From contig JBMNIH010000004.1 of NCBI GenBank assembly GCA_050950825.1, positions 544,001 to 608,000 on the forward strand: a DNA stretch of 64,000 nt. Reading direction: 5' to 3'. The stretch's first letter is position 1; each line of letters opens with the position of its first letter. The DNA is from Clostridia bacterium. GTDB taxonomy: Bacteria > Bacillota > Clostridia > JAAYHZ01. The position numbers and the translations under genes were made by a program. Below the pieces are notes generated by a model. The model saw only the letters and a list, made by a program, of their open reading frames with translations. It was not told the origin of the DNA and did no database searches. Of this stretch, positions 28,964 through 38,341 are shown one piece after another.

Positions 28964-30238
28964 CTATGGTCTAATTTGGGGTTGATTGTTTGGAGCGGAT
29001 TTTAAAGCCAATTTTCTAGCTTTCTCAAGTCTTTCCAAAAGCTTTGGGGGAGAAGCACCTGGAGCGTGTTTTTGTTTTGCAAATCTTTCAAGAACTTCAA
29101 TTTCTTTTAAGTAATCCTTTCGCTTCCTGTAAATGATCGCTAGTTGCTCATAATACCAGGGAGCAACTCCCCATTTTTCAGCTCTGCTTTCAGCCTCTAC
29201 CGCCTTTATCAGCTCTTGCAATAGTTGCTCAGCTTTCTCTAAATCACCAACACGTTTTAATTCTTTTATAGTTTCTACATACTCGGTATAGTGTCTGCCT
29301 AAATAGTATCCTTGCTTTTCTGTCGATTTCCGAGGAGCAAAATGGAGATTGCCATATACCTCTTTAGTTGTATCATCACTGGTTCCTTCATTTTCATGAG
29401 GTGGCCATGACACCTGATATTGGGTCAAGTATGTCTTGTTAATGTTGATAATAGGGGCTTGACTCAGCCGCTTGTTAAGCCATATATGTACTCCCAAGCT
29501 CGGCGCCTTAAAACTACCTCCTCGGATCAATCCGGCAATGGCAAACGATTGAATATTTGTGGCATCCATTGCGGAGGCTAATTTTGCAGCTATTTCCTTG
29601 GCTATATAGCCGACATGACTACCTCCTATTTCAGCTTTAATAGCATTTGGATCATACTTGTTCGACGGTTCGCGGACCAATTGAACACATACGGGGACAA
29701 GATAGCCATTACTGCGGGGTTTGCCAGCGAACTGTTGTAGAGCTTTTTGTCGATAAGATTCCCCGCGTACCAGATCAAGAGGCGCTTCCCATTTCAGCCA
29801 TTCCTCATTTTCTATCCAATCAGGAGAAGTATTGGCTTCTAGGATTTCTATTTTTTTTCTAAAGAAGGAGTATTTTTTGCTGTTTATTTTAGCCAAAGGT
29901 GCAATTTCTGTTTTGTTTGTTATAGGTTCCTCTGTTAAGAACCTTGCTGATTGTTGTTTCTCAATGTTCTGAGGAGTCTGGTGATCTGATTTATTTCTAA
30001 AATGCACTTTGTTTCTAAACACAAGATAGGTCGGGAGCGTAAGGATTCCTAACAGGCCTAAAAAAGGGTTAGAAGAATCGTTGATTGTTGCGCCAGTAAT
30101 AATAGCCGACACAATGAGAAATCCAATAAGCAAAAGTGTATTAGATAGCCCTTCCTCTCGAAAGCGCCATTGTTTTTTTACGCCCATAAAAAGAGCTATT
30201 ATACAGGAGATAAATAATCCCAAAAAATAATCGAACAT
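28964..30238 (-). CDS. Membrane protein with a HIRAN domain and TPR-like C-terminus
   Basis: N-terminal TMs; VRGESYRQ...LVREPSNKYDPNAIKA...VGYI HIRAN signature; YEQLAIIYRK helical repeat. Confidence 0.75.
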   Translation of the reverse strand: MFDYFLGLFISCIIALFMGVKKQWRFREEGLSNTLLLIGFLIVSAIITGATINDSSNPFLGLLGILTLPTYLVFRNKVHFRNKSDHQTPQNIEKQQSARFLTEEPITNKTEIAPLAKINSKKYSFFRKKIEILEANTSPDWIENEEWLKWEAPLDLVRGESYRQKALQQFAGKPRSNGYLVPVCVQLVREPSNKYDPNAIKAEIGGSHVGYIAKEIAAKLASAMDATNIQSFAIAGLIRGGSFKAPSLGVHIWLNKRLSQAPIININKTYLTQYQVSWPPHENEGTSDDTTKEVYGNLHFAPRKSTEKQGYYLGRHYTEYVETIKELKRVGDLEKAEQLLQELIKAVEAESRAEKWGVAPWYYEQLAIIYRKRKDYLKEIEVLERFAKQKHAPGASPPKLLERLEKARKLALKSAPNNQPQIRP

Positions 30239-30258
30239 AATATATCACCATAAAGATC

Positions 30259-30582
30259 CTATTGGGTCTCTTTTTTCTGCCTCTTCATCTTAACAAACTC
30301 TTTAAACCTTTCTATTTCCTCCAACTCTTCCTCAGTCCAGTCTTCGCCCTCGTGATGGGCGGCGATGGTTTCGATTGGTTCTCTGATACTGACTCGGCCA
30401 AGAAGGTAATCCAAGCTAACGTTAAAATAATCGGCTAACTTGGCAACCGTAGTAAGATCCGGTTCGCTTTTGCCCGTTTCATATTGCGTATACGTAGTAC
30501 GGCTAACGCCCAACATTTGAGCAATATCCAATTGCTTTAATCCTTTTTCTTCTCTAAGCAATTTTAAACGTTCACCAATCAT
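30259..30582 (-). CDS. CI/ImmR-like XRE repressor
   Basis: RLKLLRE...YETGKSEPD...LDYLLGR HTH; TIAAH tail typical of ImmA-cleaved repressors. Confidence 0.92.
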   Translation of the reverse strand: MIGERLKLLREEKGLKQLDIAQMLGVSRTTYTQYETGKSEPDLTTVAKLADYFNVSLDYLLGRVSIREPIETIAAHHEGEDWTEEELEEIERFKEFVKMKRQKKETQ

Positions 30583-30618
30583 TTTACACACCACCAGTAT
30601 TTGTATATTTATTATACC

Positions 30619-30732
30619 TGTCAACAATGTTGACATCAATAAATGTCAAAAAAATTGACACAAATTTTAAAATAGTGCTTGACAATGTCATAGTTCTTGA
30701 TTTATAATGAAGACAGGTCAAGAAAAATGACT
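30619..30732. promoter_or_regulatory. Divergent CI/Cro control region with four TGTCA-N7-TGACA-type operators
   Basis: Palindromes at 30619-30635, 30644-30660, 30686-30702, 30716-30732; TTGACA (30679) and TATAAT (30703). Confidence 0.8.
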
Positions 30733-30748
30733 TATCGGAGGTGTAAGC

Positions 30749-30900
30749 GTGAGAATTTGGTTAAAAGAACTAAGATATAAGTCAAATAACATGACACAGG
30801 AACAACTGGCAAAGGCGGCAGGCATTTCAAGAACGATGATAACTGAAATCGAAAACGGAAATGCGAATCCGTCTGTGGAGGTAGCAAAAAAAATAGCCGC
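30749..30900 (+). pseudogene. Cro-like HTH regulator truncated by a deletion
   Basis: MTQEQLAKAAGISRTMITEIENGNANPSVEVAKKIA, then runs into the antisense of another gene. Confidence 0.8.
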
Positions 30901-31050
30901 CGTCGTAGTTACGGCTTTGGTCGTCGTTACCGTAGCGTCATCGCCCGATACTTGATCCGTTTTGCCGCCTTGCGATGCCACCACAATAATCACAACCAAT
31001 ACGGCAACAACCCAAAACCACCATTTTTTAAATAGCTTCATAGTATCCAT
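30896..31050 (-). pseudogene. 5' fragment of a phage membrane/surface protein (KKWWFW type)
   Basis: KLFKKWWFWVVAVLVVIIVV TM plus Thr-rich linker, cut at the cro junction. Confidence 0.65.
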
Positions 31051-31148
31051 ACCTCCTTACTTAATTACCATTATTTTAAGTTATTGGTCAACGTTTTGCA
31101 ACAATCGGTAGCTTGTAATTGTTATTAATTTTTTGTATCGCTTTTATT

Positions 31149-31289
31149 GTGGACGCAGACGAGGCCCTGCAGGAAATCCTCAAGGCGCAGCGGCTTGAAC
31201 TGCTCGACACAAAGAAATTTGCCGGACTAAAGAAGTTGTACGAAGAAAAGTACCTGCTTGAGGACGATTTGGAAGAAGAAGAACCGTAA
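31149..31289 (+). pseudogene. Short acidic ORF or 3' gene fragment
   Basis: VDADEALQEILKAQRLELLDTKKFAGLKKLYEEKYLLEDDLEEEEP* with coding-like composition; no clear RBS. Confidence 0.35.
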
Positions 31290-31341
31290 CACATGGGAAA
31301 AACACACCTCATCCGGCGACGGGCTGATGAGCTAAAAATTG

Positions 31342-31365
31342 AAGAGCCGTGAGGCTCTTTTTTTT
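31342..31365 (+). terminator. Intrinsic terminator at the prophage end
   Basis: AAGAGCC-GTGA-GGCTCTT followed by a T run. Confidence 0.75.
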
Positions 31366-31428
31366 ACTGCTTGGTTTTATGTCGATATCCTGTTATCGGT
31401 ATCGTAGCTTTAATGGTTGTGGATTCAA

Positions 31429-31784
31429 TGGTGGAGGCGAGGGGAGTTGAACCCCTGTCCGAAATCGCATCCACAAGAATTTCTCCGGGTGCAGTCTGAT
31501 TTTCAATTTCCTCTAAGGGACGCTACAGACTCGCTTCTCTTAGAGTAGTTACCGATTTGTCATGCACGGATTAGATAACAATTACCGTGTCACGTTCACC
31601 GCTAATCGACGCCCTTTTCGCAGCCGCGGTGTACTGCGAGAGGACGGCTGCCTAATGATTAGGCAGCGTATGCTACATTATTGTCAGCAGTTAATTTTTA
31701 AGTTCTCGTTTTTTAAAGAGGCCAACGAGAATCCTCTACCCGCTTATCCTGCTTCAACAATCCCGTCGAAACCGGTTCGCCCCC
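31429..31784 (-). ncRNA. ssrA: tmRNA; tag peptide (A)ADNNVAYAA
   Basis: 5' GGGGGCGAACCGGTTTCGACGGG, 3' GGTTCAACTCCCCTCGCCTCCACCA; tag ORF at 31659-31688; 4 nt downstream of smpB. Confidence 0.96.
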
Positions 31785-31788
31785 ATGA

Positions 31789-32259
31789 TTAATAGGATTG
31801 TTCTTTCATTCTCATTTCGATCTCGCGCTTTGCATCGCGTGCGATCATGTCTTGGCGTTTGTCGTAGGTTTTCTTCCCGCGGCATATGCCAAGCTCCACT
31901 TTTACTCGAGGACCTTTAAAGTATAAAGATAAAGGCACCAAAGTTTTTCCTTTTTCGGACACCAGGCCGGCTAATCTTGAAATTTCATGCTTGTGCATCA
32001 AAAGCTTTCGGTCTCTGTCAGGGTCTTTGTTGAATATGTTTCCCTGCTCGTATTTGCTAATGTGCAATCCTTTCAAAAACAGTTCTCCGTTTCGAACTTG
32101 GGCATAGCTGTCTTTAAAATTGGCTTTGCCGCCTCGAACGGACTTAACTTCAGTACCGGACAATACAATTCCGGCTTCCATTGTTTGCTCTACAAAGTAT
32201 TCGTGTCTTGCTTTTTTATTTTGAACAATAATCTTCGTTTCTTTTTTTGCTGTTGTCAT
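31789..32259 (-). CDS. smpB: SsrA-binding protein
   Basis: [35 protein letters not shown]. Confidence 0.98.
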   Translation of the reverse strand: MTTAKKETKIIVQNKKARHEYFVEQTMEAGIVLSGTEVKSVRGGKANFKDSYAQVRNGELFLKGLHISKYEQGNIFNKDPDRDRKLLMHKHEISRLAGLVSEKGKTLVPLSLYFKGPRVKVELGICRGKKTYDKRQDMIARDAKREIEMRMKEQSY

Positions 32260-32501
32260 TTCCGAGCTTTCACCGTTTCAATACCCTCGTTAATATTGGA
32301 GAGAAACTGCCTTTTTTGAAATTTCCGCCTTCTGTGACCGTACAGTAATTATAAGCAACAAATCGATTAATGTCAAGGAATCGACCTTGGAAAATATTAT
32401 TTATACTTGAAGTTAACAGATAAATATTTATTCTTCTAAATTTTATTTTCATGTGTTATAATCTATAGCATAAACGAATATCGAGGAGGGTAATAAACAG
32501 A

Positions 32502-32921
32502 ATGGCTATATTTGGCTCGAAAAAAAAGTGTCCCCATTGCGGAAAAAACAATAAAGTAGACGCCAAGAAGTGTGTGAAGTGCGGTGAGGCGTTTGATAAG
32601 TTGGCACCGTCATTTGTCCAAGGTACAGCATGGAGTGCAGCCGATCGTTATGAAAGCCCGGAAGAAGAAAACAAAGGGTATGAATATGTTGAAGAACCGG
32701 ATACGTTCTGGAAGGTCATTTTAATCATCGGTATCATTTTTACCGTAACATTCTTGTTCATGGGATTCGGTTTGCCGTTGCTTGTATTAGGTATCATCGG
32801 TCTGAAAAAGAGGATTGCAGATACGCCTTTCAAGATAAAATTCGGTATTATTATCGGTGCGCTTATACTGGGTTATTTAACTTACGAATTTATCCTTTAC
32901 CCGCTTGTTCGTATTACGTAA
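32502..32921 (+). CDS. Zinc-ribbon membrane protein
   Basis: CPHCG...CVKCG then two TM segments; strong RBS. Confidence 0.7.
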   Translation: MAIFGSKKKCPHCGKNNKVDAKKCVKCGEAFDKLAPSFVQGTAWSAADRYESPEEENKGYEYVEEPDTFWKVILIIGIIFTVTFLFMGFGLPLLVLGIIGLKKRIADTPFKIKFGIIIGALILGYLTYEFILYPLVRIT

Positions 32922-32968
32922 GTTGTCAGAAGGTACATAAAAAGATCAGGGGATATAAAGAGAAAGAG

Positions 32969-32990
32969 AGGATGCTTCGCATCCTTTTTT
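32969..32990 (+). terminator. Intrinsic terminator
   Basis: AGGATGC-TTC-GCATCCT followed by a T run. Confidence 0.7.
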
Positions 32991-33177
32991 CGTTCGTATT
33001 GACTTGCTTACAAACGTGTGGTAAAATATGTAACACATTGATACCGTTTCGTTTTTTGTGAGGTTTTATTTTATGTTGTAAATTCAAACGCTTGCTAACA
33101 AGCGCCCGCCCATGGTAATATTGTATTAATATTGTTTACCGAATTTATACCGTTAAGAGAGATAAGCAGGTGATTCA

Positions 33178-33909
33178 ATGCAATACGCATTATTAACCGA
33201 CAAAGGTAAAGTGAGAGGAAAAAACGAAGATAATTTATTCGCCCGTTTGTATACCGATACAGCAGGCTTTTTTATGGTAGCCGACGGTATGGGAGGTCAT
33301 GTGTACGGCGATGTAGCCAGCGGTATTGCGTCGGATATAGCGAGTTTGCATTCGGAAGCTTCAATATTGTCCATCATCAACGGGGAAGACCCGGAAAAGG
33401 TTCTATTTGCTCTTGTAGAAGAAATAAATAATAAGATCATGGAACAAGCTTTACAGAATCGAGAAATGTTAGGTATGGGAACCACATTGGTGATGGCTAT
33501 TGTTTGTAACAATAAACTGCATATCTCTAACGTCGGTGACAGCCGACTGTATTTATATCGCGACAAGGAATTGCAATTGCTTACCGTAGACCATTCGGTA
33601 GTTCAAGAAATGTACGAACAGGGAATTATCAGCAAGGAAGAGGCAATCGGACATCCACAGAAAAATATCTTGACTCGTGCGGTTGGATGCGATAAAAATG
33701 TAAATCCGGATTATTTCGAATACGATATATATAAAGAAGACATCCTTCTCCTATGCACGGACGGTTTGACAAATATTGTGGATGACAGTGTTATGGCGGA
33801 GATAATAGGGAAGAATAACGATTTAGAAGCATTGTGCAACGAATTGGTCGCGATTGCCAATCAAAACGGCGGTTTGGACAATATTACATGTATTGCCGTA
33901 AAAATTTAA
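33178..33909 (+). CDS. prpC: Stp1/PrpC PP2C-type Ser/Thr phosphatase
   Basis: NED, VADGMGGH, NVGDSRLY, CTDGL, GGLDNIT. Confidence 0.93.
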   Translation: MQYALLTDKGKVRGKNEDNLFARLYTDTAGFFMVADGMGGHVYGDVASGIASDIASLHSEASILSIINGEDPEKVLFALVEEINNKIMEQALQNREMLGMGTTLVMAIVCNNKLHISNVGDSRLYLYRDKELQLLTVDHSVVQEMYEQGIISKEEAIGHPQKNILTRAVGCDKNVNPDYFEYDIYKEDILLLCTDGLTNIVDDSVMAEIIGKNNDLEALCNELVAIANQNGGLDNITCIAVKI

Positions 33910-33998
33910 TCCCGACTTACGAATCATATATAGACAGCATGGAGAATTTTTACGTCGATTACCGGACAACAGACTTGAAAGGCGGTTAACCCGTATTT

Positions 33999-36101
33999 AT
34001 GGATTTGATAGGTAAGGTTTTTGATAATAGATACGAAATCATTGAAAGAGTTGGAGTCGGCGGCATGGCGGTGGTGTATAAAGCCAAATGCCGTTTGCTG
34101 AACCGATACGTAGCCGTAAAGGTTTTAAAGCAAGAATTTTCGGAAGACGAATTATTTGTCAATCGTTTTCGGATTGAAGCCCAAGCTTCGGCGGAATTGG
34201 CCCATACCAATATTGTATCTATCTATGATGTGGGTAAATTTGAAAATTATTATTACTTGGTAATGGAATTCATCGACGGTATGACCTTGAATGATTTCAT
34301 TACCGAAAAAGGCGTACTGTCTTCCGAAGAAACCTGCATCATTTCACTGCAAATATTAAGCGCGTTGGAAAAAGCGCATTCGAAGGGCATTGTCCACTGC
34401 GATATCAAGCCCCATAACATTATGCTGACTCGGGACGGAACAGTGAAAGTTTGCGATTTCGGGATTGCCCGAGCCGCATCCATGGCCACAACCACCATAT
34501 CCACAAAGAATATGGGATCGGTTCACTATTTGTCTCCCGAACAAGCCCGAGGCGGGTATGTCAGTGCCAAGTCCGATATTTATTCCTTGGGTGTCGTCAT
34601 GTACCAAATGGTAACGGGCGTGCTTCCCTTTACGGGAGAATCACCGGTGGCCATCGCTCTTGGGCATATACAAAAAGATCCCGTTCCGCCTATCGAGCGA
34701 AACGAGAACGTATCGCCCGTTTTAAACGATATTATTCTGAAAGCCATGCAAAAATCCGAAGCGGATCGATACGAGTCGGCTGCCCAAATGATCGAGGACC
34801 TTTCGGAGAAAATGAATATCAGCATACCCGGGCCGGTGATTCAGAGCAAGAAGGAAAGAAACAAGTTGGATGAAAACAAGATCAAGAAATTAAAGGTCGA
34901 GACCGATGAATACGAAGAGGTAGCTAAAATTCGAAAAGAAAAGCGGAGAAACCGAACGGCGGTATGGGGAGCCATTTTTGTTTCGTTAATTATCATCGGA
35001 ACCATGAGCGCATTGGCCTTTAATTTGATTCCTTCGTTAATACCCGAGCCTGCCTATTACGTGGTAGAAGATTACAAAGGACTGGATTACAATTATGCAA
35101 AAAGCATTTTGGAAAACGTTCCCCAAGTGGAAATCATAGTCGAAACGTCCTTTGTAAACAGCGAAACGGTTCAGGAGGGAATTGTCATTTCCCAAAGCGT
35201 GGAAAAGGGAATTGTATTTAAGGAAGGAATACCCAACCGGATTAAGTTGACGGTAAGCAACGGACCGAAATTAATCACCATATCCAATTACAAGAATACG
35301 CAGGCAAGAATTGCGGAAATGGAATTGAAGAGCTTAGGCTTTAACGTGGTTGTGGAGGAGGAACACAGCAACGTACCGGCCGGATACGTGATTCGTACCG
35401 ACCCGGATGGCGGCATGAGCTTAAAGCCCAACGAAACCATCATACTGTATAAAAGCTTAGGTCCTTTGTTCGTCAAAGTGGAAGTGCCGGATTTATCCGG
35501 TTTGACGCTGACGGAATTAAGGCAAGTTTTGGGAGAGAAAAACCTGAAGATCGGCGATATACGTCCTACAGGACAAATCAGCTTGGTTGCAAAGGTCATC
35601 GGACAATCGCCTCAACCCGGAACGATTGTGGACGAATATAGCGAAGTGAATATCGTTTTTGAAGATATTACCGAAGAGCAGCCGCCTTTCGAGGAACCCG
35701 AAGACCTTATTTATCCTTATGTGTTTATTCCGTCGGATTTGAATCGATATAGCGAACCGATCAAGGTATTGTTTGAAGTGAAACCCAGTGATACCGGGCA
35801 GGTTTCGACACTGTATAACGAATTTTTGAATAAGGATGAATTTCCGATTTATGTGGATATTCAGGTACCTGCCGGTGGAAATACGGAAGTCTTGATACTG
35901 GTCGACAACAAGTTCTATGATCGATTTATCTTGGATTACAACGAGCTTGTTGAAGCCGGTTTACATAACGAAGATAACGAATATAATGAAGATATCGAAG
36001 ATAACGAAGGCATCGAAGATACGGAGGACACGGAAGGTGTTCAAACCGATGAGGAATTGCAAAATTCGGATAACGACGACGAATACAGCGAGGAGGATTG
36101 A
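33999..36101 (+). CDS. prkC: PASTA-domain Ser/Thr kinase (PrkC/PknB)
   Basis: GVGGMAVVY, VAVKVL, DFGIAR, YLSPEQARG; TM; three PASTA-like repeats; acidic tail. Confidence 0.93.
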   Translation: MDLIGKVFDNRYEIIERVGVGGMAVVYKAKCRLLNRYVAVKVLKQEFSEDELFVNRFRIEAQASAELAHTNIVSIYDVGKFENYYYLVMEFIDGMTLNDFITEKGVLSSEETCIISLQILSALEKAHSKGIVHCDIKPHNIMLTRDGTVKVCDFGIARAASMATTTISTKNMGSVHYLSPEQARGGYVSAKSDIYSLGVVMYQMVTGVLPFTGESPVAIALGHIQKDPVPPIERNENVSPVLNDIILKAMQKSEADRYESAAQMIEDLSEKMNISIPGPVIQSKKERNKLDENKIKKLKVETDEYEEVAKIRKEKRRNRTAVWGAIFVSLIIIGTMSALAFNLIPSLIPEPAYYVVEDYKGLDYNYAKSILENVPQVEIIVETSFVNSETVQEGIVISQSVEKGIVFKEGIPNRIKLTVSNGPKLITISNYKNTQARIAEMELKSLGFNVVVEEEHSNVPAGYVIRTDPDGGMSLKPNETIILYKSLGPLFVKVEVPDLSGLTLTELRQVLGEKNLKIGDIRPTGQISLVAKVIGQSPQPGTIVDEYSEVNIVFEDITEEQPPFEEPEDLIYPYVFIPSDLNRYSEPIKVLFEVKPSDTGQVSTLYNEFLNKDEFPIYVDIQVPAGGNTEVLILVDNKFYDRFILDYNELVEAGLHNEDNEYNEDIEDNEGIEDTEDTEGVQTDEELQNSDNDDEYSEED

Positions 36102-36127
36102 GTCCATGACGTTACGGAGGTGTAAGC

Positions 36128-37012
36128 TTGCCTAAAGGAATTATCCTAAAGGGAGTAGGAGGACTTTACACGGTATACAGCGAAGGTAGAACCTATAGCT
36201 GTAAACCGAGAGGCGTTTTTCGTATCAAAGGAGTCACACCTCTTCCGGGGGATTGTTGCATGTTTGATATCGTAGACGACGAGTTAGGCTTTATTCTCGA
36301 GATACTGCCGAGAAAAAATGAGCTGATACGTCCTGCGGTAGCGAACGTCGATATCGCGGCCATTGTAATCGCATTATCCTCTCCGGAGCCTGATTTTTAC
36401 ATGGTGGATAAAATCATCGCTACTTGTTTGGTGAAAAAAATCGAGCCGATTCTTATCGCGAACAAAGCCGATACGGCCAAGGAAGAGATATGGGATACCT
36501 TCTTAAAAAATTATGCCCCCACCGGGCTTCGATATTTTAAGATATCGGCAAAGAATGAAACGGGTTTTGAAGACCTTTTAGAATATTTTGATTGTAAGAC
36601 CGTGGTGTTTGCCGGGCAGTCCGGTACCGGAAAGTCTACTATCATTAACGCGATCGTCGGGTATGAATTGATGGAAACCGGATGTATCAGTGAAAAGATA
36701 GAGCGTGGCAGGCATACTACCCGCCATACCAACTTTATTCATATAAAAAGCGGAGCTTTTATCGCCGATACGCCGGGATTCAGCAATGTGGAACCGGAAG
36801 GGATCGATGAAAAAGAGCTTCATTTGTATTACCCGGAGTTTAAGCCTTGGATCGGGCAATGCAAGTTTCAAACCTGTGTCCATATAAAAGAGCCGGGATG
36901 TGCCGTAAAGGAAAAAGTGCAGCAAGGATCCATCGGAGATCTGCGCTACGAAAACTACAGCCGAATGTATTATCGAATCATGGAATTAAACAAACAAAAG
37001 CGAGGATATTGA
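36128..37012 (+). CDS. rsgA: Ribosome small subunit-dependent GTPase A
   Basis: [25 protein letters not shown]-terminal zinc site. Confidence 0.96.
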   Translation: MPKGIILKGVGGLYTVYSEGRTYSCKPRGVFRIKGVTPLPGDCCMFDIVDDELGFILEILPRKNELIRPAVANVDIAAIVIALSSPEPDFYMVDKIIATCLVKKIEPILIANKADTAKEEIWDTFLKNYAPTGLRYFKISAKNETGFEDLLEYFDCKTVVFAGQSGTGKSTIINAIVGYELMETGCISEKIERGRHTTRHTNFIHIKSGAFIADTPGFSNVEPEGIDEKELHLYYPEFKPWIGQCKFQTCVHIKEPGCAVKEKVQQGSIGDLRYENYSRMYYRIMELNKQKRGY

Positions 37013-37014
37013 TT

Positions 37015-37671
37015 ATGATTAAAATAGCGCCTTCCATATTATCGGCGGATTTTTCCGCTCTGGGAAACGAATTAAAAAGAGTGGAAGCGGCCGGTGCCGA
37101 CTATATTCATATCGATGTCATGGACGGACATTTCGTTCCGAATATAACCTTTGGACCGCCCGTGGTCAAGGCCATCCGGAAATATACGAAGCTTCCTTTT
37201 GACGTACATCTTATGATAACGGACCCGGATAAGTATATCGACGATTTTGTCAATGCGGGGGCCGATATTATCACCGTTCATGCGGAAGCCTGTGTGCATC
37301 TGAATCGCACCATCCAAAACATAAAAGACAAAGGAATCAAAGCCGGTGTGGTTTTGAATCCCGCAACGTCTTTGTCGGTTTTGGATTGGGTGTTAAACGA
37401 TATTGACATGGTTCTGATTATGAGCGTAAACCCGGGCTTCGGAGGACAAAAATACATCGAAAGATGTACCTCTAAGATCGCGGCTTTAAAAGAAAAAATC
37501 GATTCGTTGAACCTGAAAACGGATATCGAAGTGGACGGAGGAATAACGGCCGATAATATCGGCAAGGTTGTGAAAGCCGGCGCCAACGTTATCGTTGCAG
37601 GATCCGCTATTTTCAAACACAAAGATTTAGGAGAAGCGGTGCGACTTTTAAGAGAAGGTGCCCGTTCGTGA
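37015..37671 (+). CDS. rpe: Ribulose-phosphate 3-epimerase
   Basis: [37 protein letters not shown]. Confidence 0.97.
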   Translation: MIKIAPSILSADFSALGNELKRVEAAGADYIHIDVMDGHFVPNITFGPPVVKAIRKYTKLPFDVHLMITDPDKYIDDFVNAGADIITVHAEACVHLNRTIQNIKDKGIKAGVVLNPATSLSVLDWVLNDIDMVLIMSVNPGFGGQKYIERCTSKIAALKEKIDSLNLKTDIEVDGGITADNIGKVVKAGANVIVAGSAIFKHKDLGEAVRLLREGARS

Positions 37672-38315
37672 ATACGGCGGTAATCTTCTTAGCCGGAGAA
37701 ATCAAAGACTACTCCGTTATTAAAAAATACACCGAACAAGCCGATTTTGTCATATGTGCCGACGGGGGAACCCGTCATGCGGATTATATGAATGTTATTC
37801 CCGATATGATCATCGGGGATATGGATTCCATCGATCCGGACCTTTTGGGTAAGTATATCGGTAAAGGTGTCAAAACACGATTGTTCAAAACGGAAAAGGA
37901 CGAGACCGATTCCCAATTGGCCGTCGATATCGCTTTCGAGCAAGGCTTTAAAGACATCGTGTTGCTGGGAGCCTTCGGCTCTTTGCCGGACCATACGTTA
38001 GCCAATGTAATGCTGTTGGAGTATATCCGTCAAAAAAAGGGAACCGGTAAAATTGTTACGGATAATGCCGAGCTTTCAATTGTTCGGAATTGTACCGAAT
38101 TCGATAGAGAATGCTTTAATCGGATTTCGTTGATTCCCCTTACGGAGAAGGTTTCCGGTATCACCACCGCAGGATTGAAATATAAGTTGTTAAACGATGT
38201 GCTATATCGTGCCGATACGCGAGGTATAAGCAACAGATTCGAAGAGGAACGGGTCCGCATCGAGGTCCAAGAAGGAGTTTTGCTGCTGGTTAAGGTGCGA
38301 GAGGAAACCGATTAA
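37668..38315 (+). CDS. thiN: Thiamine diphosphokinase
   Basis: CADGG, GDMDS, KDETD, DHTLAN, GLKY; conserved position after rpe. Confidence 0.93.
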   Translation: MNTAVIFLAGEIKDYSVIKKYTEQADFVICADGGTRHADYMNVIPDMIIGDMDSIDPDLLGKYIGKGVKTRLFKTEKDETDSQLAVDIAFEQGFKDIVLLGAFGSLPDHTLANVMLLEYIRQKKGTGKIVTDNAELSIVRNCTEFDRECFNRISLIPLTEKVSGITTAGLKYKLLNDVLYRADTRGISNRFEEERVRIEVQEGVLLLVKVREETD

Positions 38316-38341
38316 AAACGAAGGAAAGTCGGGGTAAAGAA

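Larger units (their letters stand above)
24118..31441. mobile_element. Cryptic (deleted) prophage integrated in the 3' end of ssrA
   Basis: 13-bp direct repeat TGGTGGAGGCGAG at 24118-24130 and 31429-31441; serine integrase, ImmA, CI/Cro pair inside. Confidence 0.9.

Noticed and set aside
31305-31360. Possible hammerhead ribozyme (CTGATGAG)
   Set aside because: No correctly placed GAAA/stem III; CTCATC/GATGAG simply forms a hairpin before a terminator.
31562-31792. 76-aa plus-strand ORF
   Set aside because: Antisense to tmRNA.
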